Assembly (NCBI RefSeq): GCF_001194135.2
Contig: NC_068983.1
Coordinates: 105,798,788-105,862,787, forward strand
Source: Octopus bimaculoides
Lineage: Eukaryota
DNA length: 64,000 nt
Direction of reading: 5' to 3'
Position numbers and translations under genes: made by a program. Under the pieces are notes generated by a model. It had not been told where the DNA came from and did no database searches. It saw nothing but the letters and a program-made list of their open reading frames with translations. Below, one piece after another: positions 1 to 10,496 of the stretch; the stretch's first letter is position 1; the number at the start of each line of letters is the position of its first letter.

Positions 1-92
1 ACAAGTGTTTTCTTTTATAGCCTTGGGCTGACCAAAGTCTTGTGAGTGGATTTGGTTGACAGAAACTGAAAGAGGCCTGTTGTGTGTGTGTG

Positions 93-149
<57 letters not shown>

Positions 150-249
150 ATGTGAGAGTATATATATATACCAGTGCTTTTTATGTGGCACCAGCACCAG
201 TGCTTTTTGCATGGCATCATCACCAGTGCTTTTTATGTGGGTGGGTGGG

Positions 250-1090
250 CCTTCTGAGTACAGCAATGTGCCATATATCTCAGTTCTTTGTCACCTCTTT
301 TGTAAGACATAGCATTTTGAGAATGGCCTTCTATATTTCATCATATCTTACTGGGTCTCCCTCTTCCACAACATCCATCCACTTTAAGTGATAAGCACTT
401 CTTTATGCAACTGCCATCAGCCATACACATTACATAATGAAACCAACACAATCTCCATACAATTGTGCTCTATCACATATGTACACCGATACTGCATATC
501 CAGTGGAGCATACCAGCTTCATTCCACTCTAGTTTTCGCATGGCCTCTGCATTCACACATCTCACTACCAAATAGCATTGCTATTCATATACATGCATCA
601 TACAATCTTCCTTTCACTCGGAGAGAGAGACTTTTGGTTACCAACAGAAATAAAAGCTCTCTGAACTTCTCCATCCTATTCTTATTCTAGCAATTACATT
701 TTTGGTACATCTCATCCTCTGCTAATTAGGCCACCTAGGTTGCAGAAATTATCTGTTACTTTCAGAGAGCCTCTGGGACATTTGAGGAAATCAGTTTCTC
801 ATGAATCTATAGTCTTTATGGCTCTTGTACATCTTCCACATACAAACACGACTTCCTCTGTTAACCTTCCTACTATTCCACTGCACCTCTTGTGTGTCCA
901 TAGCTTGCACTGGGTACACCAAATGAAATTTCTACTTACACCTTTCTTACATATTGAGCAGGGCCATTTACCTGAAGGAGGTAGAGTCTTGTCTTATTTC
1001 TTGCTTACTAGAAACTTGGTGTTGTCTGAGTTAACTTTAAGATCCTCTGATTCCAGGTGTTTTTTCCACATTTGGAATTTTTTTTCTTAG
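250..1090 (-). mobile_element. RTE-clade LINE 3' fragment (decayed RT with inserted PHD finger)
   Basis: Minus-strand translation WKKHLESEDLKVNSDNTKFLVS...GKWPCSICKK...CGRC...DNFCNLGGLIS, followed by RTE-type C-terminal residues; stops and frameshifts. Confidence 0.85.
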
Positions 1091-1290
1091 ATGTTATAGA
1101 ATATTTGGATTATTTGCATTGATATTTATGTAAATGCTATTTGACTAAAAGACAGATTACAGTAGTTAGATATGTTTATATATCAAATATAAAGATGTAA
1201 TGTTCAGAAAATATTTTGGTTGTATCATCCGCTATTCAATTATTTTACATGTATATTTCAATAATTTTTAGAAGAGAGAATTAAACTTAC

Positions 1291-1408
1291 ACAGATGGAT
1301 GTAGATCATCAAACTCAGTAGCAAAATCATCAAGTACAATATGTGCATCTTGCATTTCATCTCTTTCTCCTTTCATTTCTCTTACATAACCTTTTAAATA
1401 ATAATTAA
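1291..1408 (-). CDS. ILKAP: ILKAP coding exon 3 (start of PP2C domain)
   Basis: Acceptor tcatttcag, donor gtaagt; 118 nt; encodes GERDEMQDAH. Confidence 0.93.
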
Positions 1409-4400
1409 CTGAAATGACAAAGATGAAAAGTGATAAATAGATAGATAGCTAGATAAATAAAAAGATGGATGGATAGATGGAATGGATGACCAACTGTAAC
1501 TGATATATTATTTACTTTTCCTAGTACTTATTCCTGTAAAGAATGTAGTTAAGCAGTTTGTTTAACCAAAATTGATCAGGGGCTACAAAGCAGAGAAGGA
1601 ATTGAGAGATACCTAATAAGAATTCTAATTGTTTAGTCAGAGGAGAAATGGTAGTGCTCACATGCCTTTTCAATGCCACCAAGACTGGTGGAAAAAATAT
1701 ATGCTCAGACATATAGTCTAAATATCTGCAACAGAGTGCACTCTGATAAAGGCATAGAAGAACCACAGAAAGTGGTATTAAAGTGGGTGATAGTTTAACA
1801 TCATCACCTAACAGAGTGTTCCTCTTTTTCTACCTAAATACAGGAAGACTTCCTGTATTTGACAATTTCTGTTTACCAAATTTCACTCATCAAGCCTTGG
1901 TCAACACAAGGCTATGATAGAAGACACTCAATCTAAGCTGATGTTCAATGCAAGAAAAATTTAAAGCCAGAAAAACCCTTACATGTTAGACTTAGAAGGA
2001 ATCTGGTATGTTAGCAATGCAGCTAGAGAATAAGAGTGATACAATTTTAATAGGAGAATGAAATAACATTTCCTAACTCTCAGGTAATCTAGTAGTAAAC
2101 ACTATAATTCATATATAGTTTACTATCTTTCACTTCAAAAGATAGCAAGTTTTCATAAAAGCTGAAATTTTAAAGAACATGTATTTGTTAGGTTATATTG
2201 ACTATATATGATTTTAAGGAAATTACTGAAAACAATAAATTTTTAGCAAGTCTAAACTGAAAAGTATTAAAACTGGAAAATATCAACAGAAGACAAAGAA
2301 GAATTATGAGGTTTTCAATAGGGAATAGCCAGGAGGAAGGAGGGTATTTAAGTTCATTCGTGTTTCTTCAATAAAGAATGCACGAAAGGATAAATCTTAC
2401 TTTAAGTAGCATGCCAGTCTATTGTAAGAATATGTTCAGATAATTTTATAACTGTTACTAAAAACTAGGATTATTGAAACCAGCAGAATGACATGTGCTG
2501 TTTATTGAAATACTTGTAGTGGATTTGAATTCTCAATTTCTATGAGTTGATAGTCTGTTACTTTCATAGTACTCAGTTAGTCCATTTATGAGAATACTAA
2601 TGTACAGAACATATTAACTGGGTAAGGAATTGCATGGATGATTAAAGAGAATGAAAGATAATAGTTAGGCTGTTCAAATTGAACATAAAATTAAAATGCA
2701 TAATCTCTGAGAATGCAGTGTTATTAAGTAGCTTAGAGTATATATAATATACATTGAAATATAGTAATATTGGGCAATATCATTAATTACAAAGTGACAG
2801 AATCAGTAGAATGCTTTTCAAAATGCCTTATGGTATTTAGTTAAGATCCTTTATGTTGAGAGTTCAAATCCAACCAAGGTCAACTTTGCCTTTTAATCTT
2901 ATAGGGTCATTTAAATAAAATATCAGTAAAATATTGGAATCAAACTTAATCAGTTAACAGTACACCTCCTGCTAAATTTGTAGCATTGCACCTATCTAAT
3001 AAATTATTATCATTATTATTACAATGACATACTTGATTGTCTTTGTTTAGCTGCAGTTGCAGACACTTCATCTGCAGATGATTGTGTGGCTTTCCTTTTT
3101 GTCGCTGCACCATTTGTTGTTTTAGTTTGTTTCTCTTCATTGTTGCATTCTTTATTTTCCACTGAGTTGGACTGGTGACCTGGCAGTGAGTCAAATTAAT
3201 AACAAATTGAACAAACACAACAACAAAGATAATAGGTAATGAACAAGAACAAAGTTTTTTAAATAGGATAATAATTGCAATTGGCTTGTTCAGTAGACCA
3301 ACCAGATCAATTTGTGCGGATAGCTCTCTTCCAACGGTGTTACGCGAGACTTGTCTCTTTCAAATGCACAAAGACACAATCACTACACATGTCATGAAAA
3401 TAATATAGCATCCCATCAACTCCAAACATGAACAACATGCAACAAGAACATGCTAGGACTTACTATCACTGAAAATCTTTACTGACAAACATACACACAC
3501 TCAACATAACTAAGACAAGACTTCCTGTTTAGGACCAGGAAATACTTCAGCTCTTAGCAACTACAAACACTGTATGGAGCTCAGTGAGAACAGCAATAGA
3601 ATACTGCATCCATATCTAGGGTGGTCCTGCTTCTTTACATCCAGACATTCTAGACTGCATCCAAAAAAGATGGCCAGACTGATTATTATCAAGTAGCCAG
3701 ACAACACCAGCCTCTGACCTATAGACGTCCTCTGCCTTTTCTAACACTATAGTGACTGCTGCACTTAATGCTACCTCTGCCCAGGCATTTTTGGTTCACA
3801 CATCTCTTTTCTGGTCACTCTACACTGAGTTTGCTCCATCCTCCCTTCTGAACATTAATTGTCTGGAATTCTTTCTCAGTTCATGATCACTAAGTGGGGT
3901 GGGAGTATGAAGGATTATCGTAGCCCAACCAGCAAATTCATTCTCCATGCTGGCGATTGGCAGTTCACAGTAGACATATGATAACTAAGAGGGTATGTTA
4001 CTTGCCAAATGTGTTTCTTGGGGGTTACAAAAGGAAGTCTTGCCACCCAGAACTAGATCTACATCAAAATGACTCAGATATTATTTATAAAATTGAAAAA
4101 AAAACAACAAAAAAACCCCCAGCTTTCTTTCTTTGCTACAATTACAAGAATATAAAATATTTAAATACGGTAACAAAGACAATGCATTTAATTCTCAATC
4201 TGTAGTCTTTATGGCTCTTGCACATCTTCCACATACCAACACAACTTTCTCTGTTAAACCTTCCTACTATTTCACCACACCTCTTGTTATGGCCTGACGG
4301 GCCATAACCAACAGCTACAATAATTCTCGCTCTCTCTCTAAATATATTATTGACTGCTATTTCCAGTAAATATTGGTGCCTTGTTGTACCACTATCTTTT

Positions 4401-7400
4401 ATATATATATATCAGGTTGGTGCAAAGGTAACGGCCAATTTGCCAGAAAATAGTTTTAGACATTATTTTTTAAAATAGTGCCTCTTTCAATGTTTTCAGA
4501 ATGTTACAATGAGTAATTTATAGATTTTTCTTTCAGATTCTAATTGTAATTGCCACAATCTTCTGCTATATTCGCACCTAAGTCTGTCCCATCTAAAGAT
4601 CACATTAAACATGAGTTTCATAAAGGTGTCAATGCAAGCACAGCAGCAAAGTCTCCTCAGAGAGTTTATGGGGATGATGTAGTGAGTGAAAGAAGTTGCA
4701 GGAGATGGTTTTCTCATTTCAGAAGAGGGGATTTGAGTTTGAAAGACAAGCCAAAAAAAGGTCATTAAAAACAACTTGATTCCGAAAAGTTGAAAGCTGT
4801 TGTCACAGAAAATCCAACCGCTACTTGCAGAGAACTTGCAGAACAGTTTAACATAACCCATACAACTGTTCTATGCCAACTGAAAAGGATTGGAAAGGTT
4901 TCAGTGGTTGGAAAATGGGTCCTGCATGAGCTGTCTCCAGAGAATCTGCAACAGCGTGTTGTTTGTTGTCAGTCATTGCTTTCACAACACCTTAAGGAAC
5001 CATTTTTAGGAAGGCTTGTTACAGGTGATGAGAAGTGGATACTTTACTCTAACGTTAAGCGCCGCTGATTGTCGATCAGGCGAGAAGGAAGACCTGTTCA
5101 ACAACCAAGAAGACTAGTTTGATAAGTACCAACGCACGAAACTCTCAGGCCTTCAGTTACTCTGTTACTTCTGCTAAATATATAGATATATATATTATAT
5201 ATATATTTATAGAGGCCATAGGCCAACAAGTCTTAGGATCTGATGATACACCATAATGATACTCTTTATGGTGAGAAACCAGGAATATATATATATTTAT
5301 ATAGTAAAATTCTGTAACAGCAAACGACATATAAAGTCCCCCCCAATATATGAGGACTCCTCGACCACCTTCTTTTAGCTCTAACTCCCATGCAAAACTG
5401 AAGTGTCAGTCCTCTTATCCCAAACATATTTGTATATATTTGGATCAGGACAGAAAACCCAGCCATTGGGCATTTCTCTTCACCAAAAGGAAGTCTTTCT
5501 GCCAATGGTCCCTAACTTTTTTTGTCTTACTACCAAAGAGTCCTTTTATTTGAATGAATTTTCCCATGGATCGCAGGCTTTTAAAAGTTTTGTCCACTTA
5601 ATAGGCCAATTTTACCAACCAAACTTGTTTTCCCAGTTTCATCTCCCTATTGAAAGATATATATAACTGAATATTTATACATTTCACACTGCAGCCTTTT
5701 AAAATTTTGAAACAGAGATTACATACTAACTTTGTGGACCATTGCTCTAAGCCTGCGTTTTTCAAACTTTTTTGTCGCAACCCATTTTATTTATATCGCG
5801 ACCCACTGAACCACTGAAGGAATCGAACTCGGAATTTTGGGGTTAGTAGCCTGCGCTCTTAACCCCAAGATTCCGAGTTCGATTTCAAGCAGTGACCTGA
5901 ATAATAATAATAATAATAACAACAACAACATCATCGAAAAATGCCTTAGGAATAAGAACCCTGGTTCGAAATTTCCCCAAGACACCTGATGAAAGCTGGA
6001 TGGTATATCAGCCGACGTTGTGTGTTAACAACAAACAAGATGGGACAAATATCCGTCAAATGTAAATAATGTAAATAATCGACCCCAGTGCTCAGCCGGT
6101 ACTTATTTTATTGACCTCTAAAGGCTATAGGGTAAAGTCGACCACGGCGAAATTTGAACTCAGAACGTAAAGACGGACGAAATGCCGCCAAGAATTTTAA
6201 TCGGCGTGTTAACGATTCCGTCAGCTCGCCGCTTAGTCGACCTTGAAGGAATTTGAACTCAGAACGTATAATACGGACGGGTGAAATGCCACTAAGCATT
6301 TTTGTCAGGAGTTCTAACTGTTCTGCCAGCTCACCGTCTTGATAACAATAATAATTCTTTTTAATAAGGTGGTAAGCTGGCTATATTGTTAGCACGTCGG
6401 GCAAATTATTTACAAGCAAGGTAATATTGGCCAGAAATGTTTTTCAAATTCGTCTGCCGAATTCGACTTTGCCTTTCATCCTTTCGAAGTCGATAAAATA
6501 AGTACCAGCTGACCACTGGAGTCGATATAATCGACTTACTCCCACCCCTGAAATTGCTGTCCTTGTGCTTAAATTCGAAAACAACACTAATTCTTTTTAA
6601 TTTTGGCACAAAGCCAGCAATGTTGAAGGGCGGAAGAAAGTTGACCGCATTGATTCCCCCAGTGCTCAGCATCGCCGTCTCTCCATTTATAATAAGCTTC
6701 AGTCAATGGAATTAGAGCTATCCTTTGAAATATTCCATCTATTTTGTTTAAAAGCTATTATTTTTCATTTTTTGCTGTTATTTCTCTTTGACTAATTTTA
6801 TTACTGATATACGATATGTTGAGGATTAGAACGTGCTTGTGAATAAATAAGTAAAAACAACTATATTTCTATCTTTTGTGCTTATCATTTATGCAGCACA
6901 AAAGCTCCCACTTAGAGTAAACATCTACTGTATATTATACAATGTTGGTAACATAAAATAAAAGTCCAAAAAAAAGAGGAAAACAAACAAAATGCACTAC
7001 TTCTATTTATATAAATATATATAATCATGTTGTTGTTGATCTTAGTTTATGTAGATTGAATAATTGCGCTGTGGTTCTGCCTTCATTAGATACGATTTTT
7101 ATGTTTTCATGGTCATGGCTATGTCATTAAAATATTTGAACCTGTCTTTTAATTAGGAATCTTGGATAATATGAATGATTTACATTTGGTTATTTTATGC
7201 CTTTTGGGCATAACTACAGGGTTTTACCCCACAGACTTTGGGAGGTCATAACTTTCAGAAAAATGAATATTTTTTAATGAAATTTTCTATGCATATAGTA
7301 TTTGCTATGTAGAATCCGAATATACAAAAATTTCCTTTGAAAGTATTTTGGAATGGGGGTGGGGGACAATTTTCGGAAATTCCAACAGAGTCCACTTAAA

Positions 7401-8525
7401 TTCTTCTTAACTTCCAAGAAAATTAATATTTTTTCGTGAAATTTTCTACAAATATACCTTGATGTATGTACATTTCGAGCATGTAGGAAGGAAACTACTT
7501 TTGTATATTCGGATTCTACATAGCAAATACTATANNNNNNNNNNNNNNNNNNNNNNNNNNNNNNNNNNNNNNNNNNNNNNNNNNNNNNNNNNNNNNNNNN
7601 NNNNNNNNNNNNNNNNNNNNNNNNNNNNNNNNNNNNNNNNNNNNNNNNNNNNNNNNNNNNNNNNNNNNNNNNNNNNNNNNNNNNNNNNNNNNNNNNNNNN
7701 NNNNNNNNNNNNNNNNNNNNNNNNNNNNNNNNNNNNNNNNNNNNNNNNNNNNNNNNNNNNNNNNNNNNNNNNNNNNNNNNNNNNNNNNNNNNNNNNNNNN
7801 NNNNNNNNNNNNNNNNNATTTGCACACGCGGGTTAGGGATAGGGTTAGGACCGACCACTCAAGACTAGCTAGCGCGGACGCGCGACTGCGCGTTCGGGTC
7901 CGCGCTGCTTTAGTAGTACCAAACCCTGCAGTTATGCCATTTTTTGTTTAGCTTTTCATTGGATCCGCTTACTTCGTCAACATCGTGTTTGTTCTTCACT
8001 AGAGTTTGGTAAACAATTATATAGCTATAGGAAAAAAAAAAAAAAAAACTTTCTGCGTATTATGACATCTTGTGAAAGTATAATGTAGTCTGTATCTGAG
8101 TTGAATCAAATTATTTTCTTTTTCGTAAAGGAAATCTTTACTATTATGACAAAATTGCTTCGTCCCAGGTCGCTACGGACAGTACAGATATATTATGAAT
8201 TGCGTTCCAGGTGTGACAATCTCAACTTTTCTCGGTGTAGTGTTTTACTTGACACACTGTCGTTTTTTTAAAAGATAAATAAATGTGATTTGAAGGAGAT
8301 TGTGCTGCAATTTCTAACAGGTCAAATAACCACGTAGAAGCTTCCTCGTTGATTCATTTATAAACTAAGATCTAAATCAAATTTCATTAGGTAAATTACA
8401 TATATATCAATAAACCTAAAGTATTTATACTTCATAACATAAGAAAGAACGAACATAATAAATATTTTAACAGTTCAATAAAAATTCATATCACCTGGCT
8501 CCGGTAAATCTCCGAAAAGATCCAT
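1291..8525 (-). CDS. ILKAP: Integrin-linked kinase-associated PP2C phosphatase, 5' part (3 coding exons in window; gene continues left of base 1)
   Basis: Manual splice gives MDLFGDLPEP|GHQSNSVENKECNNEEKQTKTTNGAATKRKATQSSADEVSATAAKQRQS|INYYLKGYVREMKGERDEMQDAHIVLDDFATEFDDLHPSV. The N-terminus matches the recalled human ILKAP start (MDLFGDLPEP), and KGY...GERDEMQDAH matches PP2C motif 1 (ILKAP KGYVAERKGEREEMQDAH). GT-AG junctions, phases 1,1,2. Confidence 0.93.
3033..3179 (-). CDS. ILKAP: ILKAP coding exon 2 (contains the KRK basic motif)
   Basis: Acceptor cactgccag, donor gtatgt; 147 nt, phase 1-1; TKRKA resembles ILKAP GAKRK. Confidence 0.85.
3500..3900 (+). mobile_element. CR1/L2-type LINE 3' RT fragment
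   Basis: VRTAIEYCIHI*GG...ILDCIQKR resembles VRPIIEYCSHIW...ILDPI of the element at 55.9-57.1 kb. Confidence 0.6.
4195..4285 (-). mobile_element. Short RTE fragment (PHD C-terminal half)
   Basis: Similar to 800-890; encodes KRCG...VCGRCARAIKT. Confidence 0.7.
4412..5115 (+). mobile_element. Mariner (Hsmar1-like) 5' truncated relic
   Basis: 5' TIR-like tcaggttggtgcaaaggtaac after (TA)n. ORFs 4550-4768 (HTH, SCRRWFSHFRRGDLSL) and 4790-5068 (GKWVLHEL, VTGDEKWILY); broken frame. Confidence 0.92.
5810..6078 (+). mobile_element. tRNA-headed SINE with Penelope-like 3' tail and inverted 5' head (same family as 34916-35180)
   Basis: B-box gagttcgatt, (AAT)n linker, tail ccccaagacacctgatgaaagctg...aacaacaaacaagatg shared with the 35 kb copy. 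Confidence 0.75.
6079..6670. mobile_element. Cluster of tRNA-derived SINE copies in both orientations (family ending ...ccttgtgccaaaatttgaaac)
   Basis: Shared core gtcgactttgcctttcatcctt...aaaataagtaccag. Other copies near 11490, 13860, 21812-21996, 23380-23577, 28700-28848, 38620-38830, 52040-52250, 57640-57850. Confidence 0.75.
7294..7534. mobile_element. MITE-like element with perfect 36-nt terminal inverted repeats
   Basis: tatagtatttgctatgtagaatccgaatatacaaaa (7294-7329) is the exact reverse complement of 7499-7534; the right end abuts an N gap. Confidence 0.7.
8495..8525 (-). CDS. ILKAP: ILKAP coding exon 1 (MDLFGDLPEP + G)
   Basis: ATG at 8525-8523; donor CCAG|gtgata; 31 nt. Confidence 0.92.
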
Positions 8526-9100
8526 TTGAAGACTGAGAGATGAGGAGAATCAAGGAAAGATAATTCATGTTGTGCCAAGGGAAATAATTCAGTCTGTTTA
8601 GCAATCGGCGGTCCTGATGGCGATGTATTGTTGATGTTAGACATACGACATAAAATTTACTGAAATTTCATATCTACTCTTGCTGTATAAGGTCTGTTTC
8701 TTTTGTTATAATTTAATAATGATTTTTAAAATAAGCATGTCGAATAAAACAGCATTATTTTGTTGGAAAAACCCGGTATAAAATCCTCATGATTATAAAT
8801 TGTTTACTCTTCAGTTACAACGTGTCAATTTATTAAAAAAAAAATATAATATAGTTATAAACTTTGTTTAGACAAGAGATAGAAATTATTTCAACAAATA
8901 TGCAAAGTAAGGTATATCAGACGATTTTAACTTAATGAATGCTGTTATTTTTATTTCTAAAATATCCCATATGTTGGTTGATTATTTCAGATTGTGATTA
9001 TTTTGAACAATGAAAGCATAAGCAGAAGAAACCAATTATATTTATATTGGTAAATGACACGATATTTGTAGGATATTAATTTTAATTATTATCAACTATT
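8526..9100. promoter_or_regulatory. Putative shared (bidirectional) promoter / 5'UTR region of ILKAP (-) and CDK5RAP3 (+)
   Basis: Inference. The ILKAP ATG is at 8525, CDK5RAP3 needs an upstream non-coding exon, and a candidate + strand donor AAA|gtaagg lies at 8906/8907. TSSs are not visible from sequence. Confidence 0.45.
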
Positions 9101-9667
9101 ACAACTATAGTATTTTGCGTTGTTAAAGTTAACGTTCTAAATATTCTTTTTTTTGTTGTTGAATTTACCGAATGTATGATTGTCGTTTATTTTCTATTAT
9201 AATTCAATTCCATCTTAGATCTCTTCTGCATCTTCTACTTAATACCCAGTTTAACTCTCTAGGTGCCAGGTTTTTAATTTTATCTTAAAGTTACCATTGT
9301 TTAAATGATGCAAATGAATTGTTTAGAAATCAAACTTTGACACATATGTGACAGAATTTCCGATCCACTATGATCTATTTTCGATTCTATCTTCTATTTC
9401 TGTATCTTACAACATTAACGTGCTAATACTTGGGGGTTGTGTTAAGAAATAAAAACATAACCCCCCCCCCCTGCTGTCTACCCGATGATAATATACGAAA
9501 CGGTAGCCCAGTCACTTGAACACTGGTAAGCTACAGTTTTTAATACAGTGACTAAGTGGCGGGGCACAATGAGTAATATTTACTGCATTTTTTACTTTGA
9601 AGAAAAAAAAAAAGTTTTTACAAATGTTCACTACCTTACAAAAACCATATCAGGTAAGAAAATGACC

Positions 9668-10496
9668 GGATCTTTGTGATTTGACGGGCAACACTTGTTT
9701 TCTTAACGAAACACTTTCAAACTTGGGACACTGGTAGAATGTGTCATACAAAACAACTTTTTCTCTTAGCCTTCTTAACAAAAAATTGTACATCGCAAGT
9801 TATTTCATGTTAAAGTTGTCGTATTTCTGTAATTTCAACCAATCACTGACGTCTATTCAGCTGAATACAGTCAGTGCTGACCGGTCATAAAAATGTCATT
9901 CCCTGTGACATATTTCATCCGGTTTAATCGTAATTTATATGCATATATTGTTTATATAATAAATTACGCTGTGCGTATCTGTGTGTGTAACAATTTTAGA
10001 GNNNNNNNNNNNNNNNNNNNNNNNNNNNNNNNNNNNNNNNNNNNNNNNNNNNNNNNNNNNNNNNNNNNNNNNNNNNNNNNNNNNNNNNNNNNNNNNNNNN
10101 NNNNNNNNNNNNNNNNNNNNNNNNNNNNNNNNNNNNNNNNNNNNNNNNNNNNNNNNTAATAATTCTGCCAGCTCCAATAATAAGTGCAGGCAATATTCAA
10201 GTATTTTGATGGCTTTTTCCCCTTTGTTTACAAACAGTCTAGTTAATCGGAAATGTCAGAACTAACGGGGATTAATACCATATACACCGTTACAGCGCTA
10301 ACTGTTTTCAACTGAATAGACGTCAGTGATTAGTTGAAATTATCGAAATAAGACAATTTTTAATGTGAAATAACTTCGAATACAAAATTTTTTTTATCTG
10401 TTTTATACCACAAAATATACAAGTATACGAAGTTTGAATGTTTCGGTACCAAAAACACTACATAAAAAAATGTTGCCCGTCAAACCATAAAGATCC
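9668..10496. mobile_element. Non-autonomous DNA transposon with long imperfect TIRs (about 200 bp) and 8-bp TSD (Mutator/Merlin-like, superfamily uncertain)
   Basis: Ends ggatctttgtgatttgacgggcaaca / tgttgcccgtcaaaccataaagatcc; inner arms aatttcaaccaatcactgacgtctattca / tgaatagacgtcagtgattagttgaaatt; TSD AAATGACC at 9660-9667 and 10497-10504. Confidence 0.85.

Noticed and set aside
1836-1860. Perfect 12-bp palindrome aaatacaggaag-a-cttcctgtattt (also a 9-bp hairpin at 4286-4308)
   Set aside because: Short, at repeat junctions, and no context suggesting function.
5590-5646. Minus-strand GDETGKTSLV, P-loop-like, after a plausible acceptor
   Set aside because: Stop after 21 codons, does not fit the ILKAP phase or sequence, and no supporting GTPase motifs.
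9476-9510. ctacccgatgataatatacgaaacggtag, hammerhead-like (a similar weak case near 5115-5150)
   Set aside because: U4 and U16.1 are missing and stem II is not formed; too degenerate to call.
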